DNA of 64,000 nucleotides from assembly GCA_963804955.1 (NCBI GenBank), contig CAWDSQ010000024.1, positions 1 to 64,000 of the forward strand, read 5' to 3'. Origin of the DNA: an uncultured delta proteobacterium. GTDB lineage: Bacteria; Desulfobacterota; WTBG01; CAIYCZ01; CAIRTM01. The notes under the pieces are model-generated. The model saw only the letters and a program-made list of their open reading frames with translations. It was not told the DNA's origin and did no database searches. Shown piece after piece: positions 43,422-54,476 of the stretch. Each line of letters begins with the position of its first letter. Position 1 is the stretch's first letter. The position numbers and the translations under genes are program-made.

Positions 43422-44234
43422 CTATTGTTGCTTAAAAAGATCGGGAAAATAAAAAACTTCATAATTGGTCAGCATGCCGCCAATTTCCATACGTTGAAGC
43501 TGGTTGGTCCGCGTCTGATCAAATCCCAGCTGCACAAAAGGCATAATACCTGTGGTGCTGTGACACTGCTTGCACATAACGAACTCCTTTATCTCAGCGT
43601 CCTTGTGCATGCTGTCGACGATCTGTTTCTTTTTTTCATCGGAGTATGTTTCTTTTTCAGCCATATACTTCAGCGACAGTGCGATGTCCTGCTCCGACAT
43701 GTAGGGCTGCAGCCCTCCCTCCACCATGTGGAGCGGCGTAATTTTTGATACATGATTGCCGGTAGAGGCTAAAAATCCTGTTGTGGCGTCCACACAGGTG
43801 CCGTACGGCTTTTCCGTTGGGTTCATGCCGGGGGGATTCACCCAGCCGAATCGCATATTGGATTTTTCGGACAACTTCAGATGGCAGGTGTTGCACGTCA
43901 TGAATTCGGTATGCAGATTGATGATAGCCATTGCCTGCTTGTTGCGTCCGTGGGGGTAAACGGTGTGGCAGATAATGCAGGATGATTTTTCCGCCCATGC
44001 ATCAAGCGCCTTATCCTCAACTCCAAGATGAAAATGTTCATGCTGCTGTTTGCGCTCCAGCTCCTTCATTTGCCAGGCTGCAAGAGACATGGATTTTGGC
44101 TTCTCGACCTTCATCTCTTTTTGCCGCTCAAACTGTACGCTGAACGTAAGCCACCAGCTCAGAAGAGCTGCCATCGTGATCACGATGGCAAAAACGATGA
44201 ACGCCTCTATGCGTGAATTTCCATTATTTGGCAT
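43422..44234 (-). CDS. Membrane-anchored triheme cytochrome c
   Basis: N-terminal TM helix; CIICH, CNTCH, CKQCH. Confidence 0.88.
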   Translation of the reverse strand: MPNNGNSRIEAFIVFAIVITMAALLSWWLTFSVQFERQKEMKVEKPKSMSLAAWQMKELERKQQHEHFHLGVEDKALDAWAEKSSCIICHTVYPHGRNKQAMAIINLHTEFMTCNTCHLKLSEKSNMRFGWVNPPGMNPTEKPYGTCVDATTGFLASTGNHVSKITPLHMVEGGLQPYMSEQDIALSLKYMAEKETYSDEKKKQIVDSMHKDAEIKEFVMCKQCHSTTGIMPFVQLGFDQTRTNQLQRMEIGGMLTNYEVFYFPDLFKQQ

Positions 44235-46088
44235 CGCTGCTCTCCCCTTTCAGGAGTTTCTCTTCCTCGCATTCCGCAACGCCCTCCTGAACCTGGCGCT
44301 GGTATTCAAGAAAATGCTCCTCAATCTGGTGGTCCTTTGCGATGCGGCCTGTCCAGAATGTCCACTGAAGCGGGAAGCGGCCGGGAGCGATATGCACATT
44401 ATACATATGCCAAAGGGCTATTACGAGAAACGCCAGTATCGACTCCTCGCCATGCATAAGCCGCAGCACATTAAACGATACTTTAGCAAAAGGAATATAT
44501 TTAACCATAAATTCCGGAAACAGCAGGCAGCAGCCCGACAGTGTCAGCACCGAGCATCCCCATACCTGGCCAGATAATGCAGTTTTTGTTTGTACATGAA
44601 TTTTTCCATCCTCGGCCGGGAATTTTCAAAACCGAGGAAATAGCGGAAATCGAAGTAAAAATCCTTCAGATCTTTCCACAGCGGAAATTGAGTTCGCTTG
44701 ATATCAAACGTGCCGTGCCTCATCTGCCTGGCAATGCCGAGCATAAGCACCGCAACATGATAGACGCAATTCAGAGTGAAAACAGCAGCATTGACCCGGT
44801 GTATTAAACGGGTGACGGTGATACCGCCGAGAAGATTGATAAACTGATGCGAAAGCTCGGAATTATGAAAAAACAGCGGGAGCCCCGTAATGACTGCTAT
44901 GGAAAAGGTGATACCCATGAGAGTATGATTTATAATGATATGCACCGAGTACCGGGGCAAGTCTCCTTTGGCGTCATACTGTACATAGCGATGCAGATTG
45001 GGGATTGTACCGATCGGGTCAGCCGGAACAGCCGGGGCCTTTGGTAATTTCTGGGGCTTGCGCAGCCATCTGAAAAAACGCGCATCGTGATTTTTGATCC
45101 GGCGGTAGGTTTCCATGCCCATAAGCGTAAAAAGCAGAAACAGCGTAAAAAACATGACGCCCTGCATAATGACTTCGGCCAGATGAATTTCCGGCCCCTT
45201 TTCCTTGTGTTTGCTCAGGTGGCTGTCGACAGAGGCGATCATCTTGCCCGCGCCGGGATGACAGGCCTCGGTCTGACATGTCTGGTAACGGTTTTCAGGA
45301 TGTACCGACGATTGCGGGTCGGATCCGGGTCGAATATTGTGTATGCTTTCGCTTGCATGACAGCTGATGCAATGGGCCGTATCCATGCCGCCGAACTGAA
45401 GAATCCGGTAATGTATTGTTTCCTTGTAGGTGCTGACGGCCTCAGCTACGGGCCCCTCCATGCCGACGACGTTCTGAAAATCTTTGTCGGCATGGCAGCT
45501 CGCGCAGAGAGCAACAACCGCAAGCGGCGGGCGGCTGGTCTTCTGCCGCATGCGGTGCGACATGTGGACAAATATCTGTTCGATGCCTTTTTCCTTGTGA
45601 CAGTTAAGGCAGCGCTTTATTACTTTTTCAGGCGGTATGTCCTGAGGCAGCGCATAGAGGTCATTGAGGTGGCAGTATTTGCAGTCCGGCTTTAATGCGG
45701 CTATTTCCGGCTTATCGTCCGGCTGTATGCCATGGATGCTTTTATTAAAGGCATCGGCTACATCCTTATGGGAAAAATCGGTTCCGCTCATGGCTTTCCA
45801 TCTGTCAATATGACAGACTTTTGCGCAGTCGACTTTTTCAATTTTTCCATGAGGGACTTTCTCTATATCGCTATGGCAGTCGATACAGGAAAGGTTGCCG
45901 TGTATCGAGTCCTGATACAGATGGCCTTCGACATAATAATTTCTCAGCGTGCCGTCTGCAGTATAGCCGCGCAGGCGCTGATACTTGTGGCATAACAGGC
46001 AATTCTCAGGATCACCGGCCACGGAAACGCCTGAAGACAGGCACAGCAGTATAGCCGCGAACGCGCTGAATCCTTTAAAAATTTTCAT
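44224..46088 (-). CDS. CbcL-like multiheme c (8 motifs) fused to a di-heme cytochrome b domain (frameshift near 44550)
   Basis: 6 CXXCH plus CX3CH and CX4CH; FdnI-like helices with His ligands (INHT, IHR, MHGEE, WH.YNVH). Confidence 0.88.
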
Positions 46089-46107
46089 AATGCCGACTCA
46101 TGCTGGT

Positions 46108-47064
46108 TCAGGGTTTATTTATTTTTTTGCCGCTCATTTCATACACGCTGACCTGATTGGCGATCATATCAACCACATACAGCCGCCCGCGATCATCAGC
46201 AGCAATGCCCACAGGGGTCTGCCATTTTAAAACATCGCCTTTTTCATCTCCGATGACCCCCTTTAAATTACCATAGCGGTTAAATACCTGGATCACCCCC
46301 AGGTAGCTGTCACTGACAAATATCTGGTTGTCCGGGTCGACGCATACTCCTTTGGGCCGGTAAAACTGGCCCAGGTCAACGCCCCAGCCGCCGATCGTAC
46401 CCACGATATCTCCTGTCGGGCTGTAGACCTGAACGCGCGTATTAATGACATCGACGACAAACACGGATGAATCAATTCCCACGGCAAGGAAAAAAGGATA
46501 CTGCAGCTGGTCGCGCCTCTCCCCTTCAGAAGCCCAGGAAGCGATCTGCTTGTATCCCGGCAGGCCGTACACAAGCACGTGATGATTGTCATTGTCAACA
46601 ACATACATCTGCTGCTTAGACTCATCAATAGCTACATCGGTCGGATCAGCGGGCTTGTCGCCTTTTGCGGGAATAATATCAACGCTTTGGAGCCACTCTC
46701 CGCCTGGCGTAAAAAACTGCACCCGGTGATTCTGCGAGTCAGCCACGTAGATGCGTCCTTCCTTGTCGGCGGCAATGCCCAGCGGGCTGGTAAATTCACC
46801 CTGCTGCGCTCCTTTGCTGCCAAAGGCAAACTGGTAGCGGCCCTGCGGGTCGAAAACCTTGACGCAGTTGTTGACCCCGTCCAGCACATAGATCTGATGG
46901 TCTTTGCCTATGGCGATGTCGCTTGGCTGCAGAAAGTCCCTTGTTATGTCAAAGAGATGCTTTGCAGGATATACCGTATAAGCATGCAATGCTCCGGGCT
47001 GCGCTGCAAGCAGCCCCGCTGCAGACAACATCACGGCTAATAACCTTGATGCACCGGTTCTCAC
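46108..47064 (-). CDS. NHL-repeat beta-propeller protein
   Basis: Repeated F..P.GIA.D..G.IYVADS.NHRVQ.F; signal peptide. Confidence 0.92.
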   Translation of the reverse strand: MRTGASRLLAVMLSAAGLLAAQPGALHAYTVYPAKHLFDITRDFLQPSDIAIGKDHQIYVLDGVNNCVKVFDPQGRYQFAFGSKGAQQGEFTSPLGIAADKEGRIYVADSQNHRVQFFTPGGEWLQSVDIIPAKGDKPADPTDVAIDESKQQMYVVDNDNHHVLVYGLPGYKQIASWASEGERRDQLQYPFFLAVGIDSSVFVVDVINTRVQVYSPTGDIVGTIGGWGVDLGQFYRPKGVCVDPDNQIFVSDSYLGVIQVFNRYGNLKGVIGDEKGDVLKWQTPVGIAADDRGRLYVVDMIANQVSVYEMSGKKINKP

Positions 47065-49826
47065 TGGCTTTTCCTCTCGAAGATTGTCGGAAACTGAAAT
47101 TGGCTGAAATTTTCAATCATCTGCACGAGCTCGCTGCGGGTTAGTTGCCTGATCCGCTCAGGCGAGTAGCCGAGCTGTTTGTACGGCAATAGCGGCTGCT
47201 TCTCGTTATGGCACTGCTGACAGGTAATGCTTTTCTTGCTTAAGAACGAGTGTATCTTTTCTAGTGACTCTTTCTTCTGCTCCAGCGACAGGGTGCTTGA
47301 CTCGGCCTTCTTGATGAAGCTCTCTGCATAATCCTTGATGGGGTCGCTATCCTGCCGTTTAAACCCCTCGGGGGTTTCAATCCCTGGAACGAGCTTAATA
47401 TTGAGTTCATCAAGCGGGGCTCCCGACAGATCAGGCACGGCATCAAGGATCTTTCCGGTGGCCCTGTTGTACCACCTGTACGTGTACTGTATACCGGTAT
47501 CCTGCTTAATATGGCATGTCTGGCAGGCAAGATAGAAATCGTGCATATTGAGATAGGTGCGCACCTCGGCTTTCGTACCATGAGGAAAGTCGCCGTGGCA
47601 CTTGATGCAGTACGACCTGTCGTCGGGAGTGACCTGCATGGTTATATTGTGAAAGTGGCCGGTTATTTCCTGCTCTTTGAGCACCCTGAATCCGCGATAA
47701 AACTTCTTCTTGCCCGCATCTTCAAGGAGCACCTCTTCAAGAAATCGCGGCTTATCGAGATAGTGCTTTTCCGGTATGCGGGTCGCGGTGAGCATATGGA
47801 ATCCGAACACAGTGTTGAACACAAGCCAGGTCAAGTATCCGGTAGTCCCTATCAAAAGCACCAGGGTGACAATTTGGCCCACGAAGCGGACGGTGCTGCG
47901 CACCATACCTCTTTTCTCTTCGGCATGTTCGGGGGCAAGGCCTTCGCTCTTGAGAGCCCCCAGGTAGTAGCCGTGGTGCTCTCCTGATATTTCCTCCTCT
48001 TTTTTTGTGCCCGTCAACCAGGACATGCCCATGGGCAGATGTTCGAGCTTCAGATGCGTGTTATAAATATGCCAGAGCATGATGACGATGGTGGCAAGCA
48101 GCGCTTCATCGCTATGGGCTATCAGGCAGAAGTTCAGTATGTTGCCGGGAAGGAATTGCGTAAAAAAGTCCTGCCCCCAGAGGACGACTCCTGACAGGCC
48201 GATGACGGGAACGCCCCAAAAAACGGCCAGGTATCCGAACTTCTCTTTGAAATTGAACCGCGAGGCTGACGGCCGTTCATTGGTTATATACAGCCGGAAC
48301 AGCATGCTTTTCCAGATATTTCGCAGGTCCTCAAGGTTGGGAACCATGGGCAGTACGAGTATGCTCATGAGCATGTTACGCAGCGTCAGCCTGCCGGCTT
48401 TCTGGAGCGGCTTGAGGTAGTATTCAACGTAGCAGCAGGCTATGTACAGGAAGTGGAACAGAAACACGAAACCCATGACCACGGCGCATACCCTGTGTAT
48501 CACCGTAGCGAGTTCTATGCCGCCCAGCATTTCATACAGCGTGCGCATCCACTCGACATGCATATATTTCATGGGTATGCCGGTTAAAACAAGCCCTGCG
48601 AAAGAGACCATGAGCAGTACGTGCTGCTGGCGCTGGTTGAAAGTCAGGTGCTTGAAATATCTCACGCCATTTTTTACATAGACCGGCGGCCGATCATCAC
48701 CGAGCTCTACGCCGTCTACGATGGGCCGCGGGGGCAGCATCCGATCTTCGAACCGGTGCTTGATCGGGAGTATTTCTCTGATAAGATCCAGAATAGCTGC
48801 AATCATGATGGGTATGAAACTCGTCAGCGTCAGCAGGACAAAAAACAGGGAGACGTAAAACTCTATCGGGTGGCGCTCCCTGTCCGCCAGCAGATGGACT
48901 TTATATTCGGTCAGATTCTGATTTGCGTCGGGATGGCAGTCTATATTGGAGCAGGCCTGCAAACGGTTTGCCGGGTACACGGCCGAGCGCGGGTCGTTCT
49001 TGTCATGCATGGAATGTATCGAGCCCCCGGAGCTGGCATGACAGTCAAGGCAGTCCGGCGACGTGTCATCCCCCATAAAGACTGATTTGCCGTGATAGGT
49101 CTCCCAGTAGGCATAGACAACATTCGGCTGATTGTGACGCTTAAGAAAATCCGCGTCCTCATGACATTTCGAACACAGCTTCACGACATCGGCGCCGCTT
49201 CTGAGCTTTTGCATGCGCGAGGTGAAATGGCTGTAAAATTTCTTTATGAATGTCTTGTCGTCATGGCAGGTTAGGCACCGGCTCATGATTCGATCGGAAA
49301 CGCCGGGCCTGATTTTTTTAAAAAACGACAGCGGCCTGTACAGCGGATCCTGATGGCAGGTCTTGCATGTTGGATAATCCTCTGGATGGGGCTTGGGACT
49401 TCCCTTTTCATCTATCGGGCTGTGCACGCTGGTCTGAAGTATATCGCCGACCTGCTTATGGGTAAAATTTTCAAGTTTGCCCTGCTTGTCAAGGTGGCAT
49501 TCCTTCAGGCAGTCGACCTTTTCAGCTTTTTTATGAGGAATATCCTTAATGTCGGCGTGGCAGCTGCGGCAGTTGAGCAGACCATGGGGGCTGTTCTGGT
49601 ATATGGGCTCTGAGATATACAGCAGGCGGAGCATATTATTTTCATCAATATGGCTCATGCCGCGGTGCTTGTGGCAGATAAGGCAGTTGTCCACATCAAC
49701 GGCCCGTGCGGTGGCCGCCGGAAGCAACACGGCAAGCAGCAGCACGCAGCCTGCTGCACGGCAGATGAAACTATACGGAACTTTCAAACTGCGGTCTTTG
49801 TTCATCATGGGATCGCACTGCCTCAT
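47061..49826 (-). CDS. Multiheme c (8) - cytochrome b - triheme c fusion protein
   Basis: 6 CXXCH plus CX3CH and CX4CH; QRQQH, IHR, AHSDEA, WHIYNTH; extra TM helix; then CIKCH, CQTCH, CQQCH. Confidence 0.9.
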   Translation of the reverse strand: MRQCDPMMNKDRSLKVPYSFICRAAGCVLLLAVLLPAATARAVDVDNCLICHKHRGMSHIDENNMLRLLYISEPIYQNSPHGLLNCRSCHADIKDIPHKKAEKVDCLKECHLDKQGKLENFTHKQVGDILQTSVHSPIDEKGSPKPHPEDYPTCKTCHQDPLYRPLSFFKKIRPGVSDRIMSRCLTCHDDKTFIKKFYSHFTSRMQKLRSGADVVKLCSKCHEDADFLKRHNQPNVVYAYWETYHGKSVFMGDDTSPDCLDCHASSGGSIHSMHDKNDPRSAVYPANRLQACSNIDCHPDANQNLTEYKVHLLADRERHPIEFYVSLFFVLLTLTSFIPIMIAAILDLIREILPIKHRFEDRMLPPRPIVDGVELGDDRPPVYVKNGVRYFKHLTFNQRQQHVLLMVSFAGLVLTGIPMKYMHVEWMRTLYEMLGGIELATVIHRVCAVVMGFVFLFHFLYIACCYVEYYLKPLQKAGRLTLRNMLMSILVLPMVPNLEDLRNIWKSMLFRLYITNERPSASRFNFKEKFGYLAVFWGVPVIGLSGVVLWGQDFFTQFLPGNILNFCLIAHSDEALLATIVIMLWHIYNTHLKLEHLPMGMSWLTGTKKEEEISGEHHGYYLGALKSEGLAPEHAEEKRGMVRSTVRFVGQIVTLVLLIGTTGYLTWLVFNTVFGFHMLTATRIPEKHYLDKPRFLEEVLLEDAGKKKFYRGFRVLKEQEITGHFHNITMQVTPDDRSYCIKCHGDFPHGTKAEVRTYLNMHDFYLACQTCHIKQDTGIQYTYRWYNRATGKILDAVPDLSGAPLDELNIKLVPGIETPEGFKRQDSDPIKDYAESFIKKAESSTLSLEQKKESLEKIHSFLSKKSITCQQCHNEKQPLLPYKQLGYSPERIRQLTRSELVQMIENFSQFQFPTIFERKSQ

Positions 49827-49834
49827 TAGTATTT

Positions 49835-50588
49835 TTATCTGGCCTCACGGACGCATCGAAACCCGATATTAAAGCTCCGGGCATCCGGAGACGCATAAAA
49901 ACGGTTTGCAGCCCTGACTTCATCCGGGCCGCAGTACCATGCACCGCCGCGCAGCACCTTCAGCACTCCGTCTACAGGACCGGTAACATGGTTATCGGGG
50001 CTTACTGAATAAAAGTCTGCGCCATACCAGTCAGAGCACCATTCCCATACATTGCCGGTCATATCATGCAGACCGTACGGATTGGGTGGAAACTTTTTCA
50101 CCTGCACAATTCCGAAAGAGCCATAATTTGCAAAATTTTTGTCCGATATGTCTCCCCAAAAATATTTCTGTCCTGACGTGCCGCCGCGTGCGGCATACTC
50201 CCACTCAGCTTCGGTAGGCAGACGCTTGCCTGCCCATGCGGCATAGGCCTGCGCATCATACCACGATACACCCGCAACAGGCTCATCGGGCTTATCGATC
50301 TCCGGCTGCCAGAACGGCGGCAGCGTACGTGAGGTTGCTTCGGCAAACACTTTATACTGAGCATTGGTAATCTCATGAACATCCATATAAAAAGAATGAA
50401 CAGTGACTTCATGCCGCGGTTTTTCATCAAAATCGCCATCGTCTGAACCCATGACAAACTTTCCGCCTTGAATAAAAATAACGGCCTCAGAAATAGTTCC
50501 TGAAACAGGGCCATCCGGCGCCGGTGACGGGCCGGCTGCACAGCTAAAGCATGCACAAAGTTAAAAACAGAACAATCAATCTTTTCAT
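49835..50588 (-). CDS. FGE-sulfatase (SUMF1/NirV-like) domain protein (frameshifted 5' end)
   Basis: RLPTEAEWEYAARGG, GLHDMTGNVWEW, RGGAW, GFRC. Confidence 0.88.
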
Positions 50589-50622
50589 GCATAGTTCCGG
50601 ATACGGCATACCCTGCCCTGTT

Positions 50623-51717
50623 TTAATGAACCAGCGTTGACGTTTTCTGGACTGATATAAAATCATAGAATCGAGCCTGAAAGCCGTTGTGGCAGCTCAG
50701 GCATGCGAAATTAAGCGTAAGAAACGGGCCTGCTGACATCCTTGACAGCATAACTGCCGTCAAGTGAAAACATTTGATAGGGCTCTGCCTCCGTTTTTAT
50801 ACGCCAGATATGAGAAGCGGTATCGCCTTTTCTATACGGACCGATACCTGTCGAATTATCTGTTTTTACGGCCGGCGCCATATGGCAGCTTGTACACAGC
50901 AACACGACTTCATGCCCAGGTAGCGCTTTTTTAAAAAGTGACATGTGCTGCAGGTGACTTTTATGGCATTCATCGGTGCGAGTTTCAAGACTGTAATGCG
51001 GGTTATGGCAGCCCGGCGCATTGCAGGATTTTGCCATGCCGGGTGGATAGCCCACTCATTGTACTGCTGCTGCGGCTTTATAAAACCGTCCTGGGCTTCA
51101 ATGACCCTCCCGTCATTGCGGGAATGGCAGGGCTTGCAGACAGAGGCGGTTGTATCCACTATGATTGTTGCGGGTGATGGTGCGCTAATATGGCTGCCGC
51201 CAGGACCGTGGCATGATTCGCAGCCTGTATACGGGTAATGCAATGTCTGCTGCCAGGCGGCATAAATAGTACTGTGGCAGCCATTACAGACATCAGAGCC
51301 GACATATGCAGCTGCAAAAGGCTCAACCGTAAAATATGCCGTTCGCACAACCCGCTCGTTAAAAAGCGGAATATATTCCACAACATCCACCTTCGCTTCT
51401 CCACGTGCCGTAAATGGTATACTGATGTTCCATACCACAGAGTACAAGCCGCTCAGCCGCAAGCGAACGCGGTAGCCGAGTCGTATTGTCCAGTTCGAGC
51501 CGGTAACTTCGCCGTGCAGCAGGACAAGGCTGGGCCTTTCAAGGCTGTAAGCCACCTTGACTCGCACTGCCTGACTGGGCTGGCATTGTGTTATCTCAGT
51601 ACCTTCAGAATCCGTTACGGTGATTTGTTCAATAGCAAAAGGCATAGTACCATAGGCTGTGCCTGCGGCAAAAAGGGACAAAGCTAAAAAAAATACTGCC
51701 GGTCTATATCGTGTCAT
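50623..51717 (-). CDS. Secreted multiheme cytochrome c (about 7 hemes) with a beta-rich N-terminal domain (frameshifted)
   Basis: CNGCH, CESCH, CKPCH, disrupted C..GCH, CSTCH, CTSCH and CLSCH across frames. Confidence 0.8.
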
Positions 51718-51740
51718 AGTTGTCTGTCCTGCACAGTCAG

Positions 51741-53256
51741 TTACTGTGTGTGCACGGATGGTGCGATATTTTTTACCTGGTCGTAGGTATAACTCGTGGC
51801 GGCCTGACCGCCGGTTCGATGGCAACCCAGACAAACAAAATTAACGGTGAGCCCGGCGGTTTTGCCCGCTGAATCAACAGCAAGCTTCGACCCGTTGTCG
51901 GAAAACATCTCCGAAGGTGACGCTGCAGCGGAATTTATTTTAAAAATATGTGAACGCAGATCGCCGAAAATATGCTCATTCTGGGCAGGGTCGATAAATA
52001 TTTTTGATGCCCCTGCTTTCACCGCATAGGGCATGTGGCAGTCGGTGCAGGCAAGCTGTGACATATTGAGCCCAACTGTCACACCGGTATGGCAGGTTGT
52101 GCATTCTGTCACAATAGCAGTCCCGTGCGGCCTGGTCATCATAATGGGCCGAGGCATGAGGGTCGTGGCATCGTGTGCACTGCATAAAGCTGTGTGGCGA
52201 AGCCTTGAGCTCCGATGCCTGCTGCTGATGCAGGATGAGGCCGCCGGATGCTTCAACCACCGACGAACTGCCCCGCACGTGACAGTCGGCACAGGGTATG
52301 GCCGATGAAAGGTCGGGTTTTACAGCATACGGAGCTGCAGCATGGGCGCTGCCGGGGCCGTGGCAGGCTTCGCAGCCGACGCGGCCCTCCGTCCAGGTGC
52401 CGGCGATACCGGAGAGGCCGCCCTGGCTGCCCTTCGGCACATAGCCGGTGGCATGACAGGGGCCGCAGTCAAAACGTGCCGGGATCCGGAGTATCAGGGC
52501 TGTAGGATACAAATCCTGCAGGGGTCCCAAGATAGCTGCTTGCCAGGTTGTATTGAGCTTCCGGGCCGGTAAGTATCGTGCCGTTGTCAGCCGACGAGAA
52601 ATTGGCAGACCAGGCATACCCGCCGATAACATAGGAAATATCTCCCCAGATGGTTCCGGGAGGCGGATTAGGAACGCCGGAAGCAAAAGGCGGGTACGCG
52701 GGCGCCTGATATGCAATAGAGCTCATGGCATAGTAGTGCCCTGATTGCGTATAGACATTGACAACATCAGGGGTGAAGCCGACATGACAGCCCATGCACC
52801 GCTGAGACCCGATATAATCCTGCGCGGGTCCGGGATTAGGCTGATTTTAAATGAGGTTGTTTCGCGGGAGATACCTCCGGGAATGCCCAGATAGGTTATA
52901 GCCACGGTGGCATTGTCGCTTGCGCCGAGAGGCACGATGCTGTCCCAGTAGAAGCTGTAATCACCATGCTCGCAGCTGTTTTTAATTGAAGGCGAAGCGT
53001 TCTGCTTTTTTGCGCCTGTGAATGTTACAGATCCCCAGGCGAAAGAGATTGAAAACAGGCGGACAGAGTAGTCAATGTTGTAGCGAACGGGATTGCCCGG
53101 CGCAGTATCTGGTATAGGCGTTATGGAAACAGTCACGGCCGAAGGGGCTGCGGAAGACGGCAAAGCAGTAGTGCTGCCGGCCAGGGCCTGGGAGGCAGCA
53201 AGAAAAAACAAACAGCACAGCATTAGTGAGATACAAGTATAGACTTTGCTTCTCAT
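51741..53256 (-). CDS. Secreted octaheme cytochrome c with a beta-rich N-terminal domain (frameshifted)
   Basis: CMGCH, CGPCH, CEACH, CADCH, CTRCH, CTTCH, CTDCH and CLGCH across ORFs 52723-53256, 52469-52795, 51976-52716 and 51741-52292. Confidence 0.82.
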
Positions 53257-53358
53257 CCCCGCCCTATGCTAAAACTTGTTTTGCTATAATATATTTATAG
53301 TAACACAATTACCGAAATACTACGAGAAAATAATTATGCAATTAAACTATTTTACCTC

Positions 53359-54402
53359 TTAATCTTGACCACCTAAAAGGTCAAGCTGCCCGGTTGGTTT
53401 CCTGAACCCCTTTTTCTTGAGATGCTTATAGGCAAGCTCAGTAGCCCTTCTGCCCGATGAGGTTCGTATAAGAAGCCCGGCCTTCAGCAAATATGGTTCT
53501 ACGACATCGATGAGCGTATCGGTTTCCTCCTGAAGAGTTGCAGCAATTGCTTCGACCCCTACAGGTCCGCCCTTGTAAAAATCTATTATCACATTTAAAA
53601 AGCGCGCATCAAGCGGCGTTAAGCCAAGGGCATCAATGCCTTCAAGGGCAAGGGCTTCAATGCTCACGGCACGGGTAATGCGCCCGCCTGCCCGTACCTG
53701 GGCAAAATCGCGAACCCGGCGCAGCATTTGATTGGCAATACGGGGTGTGCCGCGCGACCGCAGCGCTATTTCAAGTGACGCGTCAGCATCGATGCCGACT
53801 TCAAGTATGGCGGCGGAGCGTGAAATGACCATCTGCAGCTGCTCATGCGTGTAAAAATCAAGGGAGCGCTGTATGCCGAATCGCTCCCGCAGCGGCGATG
53901 ACAGCAGGCCCGCCCGCGTGGTTGCGCCAACGAGCGTAAAGGGCTCAAGTTTAGCGCGGTAGCTGCGGGCGTTCATGCCCTTGTCGAAAATAATATCAAC
54001 GGCAAAATCCTCCATGGCGGAATACAAAAACTCCTCAACAATTTTAGGCAGACGATGTATCTCATCTATAAACAGTACGCTGCCGTACCCGAGATGCGTA
54101 AGAATGCTCACCAGATCGCCGCCTTTTTCAAGGGCAGGCCCTGAAGTATGCGTAAGCGGCATATCAAGTTCATTAGCAATGATATGGGCCATAGTGGTCT
54201 TGCCGAGCCCCGGCGGACCGTAGAAGAGCACATGATCGAGAACATCGCCGCGCTGCCTGGCCGCCTGCACGGCGATCTGAAGCGTCTCGACGATCTGCTT
54301 CTGGCCGATATATTCCTGAAAGCGCTTGGGCCGGAGATCGGCGACAATTTTCCTCTCTGCCTCTTCATCAATGACAGACGGGGAATTGTTTTTGTCTTTC
54401 AT
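53359..54402 (-). CDS. ruvB: Holliday junction branch-migration helicase RuvB
   Basis: [39 protein letters not shown]. Confidence 0.97.
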   Translation of the reverse strand: MKDKNNSPSVIDEEAERKIVADLRPKRFQEYIGQKQIVETLQIAVQAARQRGDVLDHVLFYGPPGLGKTTMAHIIANELDMPLTHTSGPALEKGGDLVSILTHLGYGSVLFIDEIHRLPKIVEEFLYSAMEDFAVDIIFDKGMNARSYRAKLEPFTLVGATTRAGLLSSPLRERFGIQRSLDFYTHEQLQMVISRSAAILEVGIDADASLEIALRSRGTPRIANQMLRRVRDFAQVRAGGRITRAVSIEALALEGIDALGLTPLDARFLNVIIDFYKGGPVGVEAIAATLQEETDTLIDVVEPYLLKAGLLIRTSSGRRATELAYKHLKKKGFRKPTGQLDLLGGQD

Positions 54403-54476
54403 GATTCCTTTGCCTCAGAGAATGAGGGTACCATCGTTTATATTTGACATGGAGGATAGACACCATACCCATCAAT

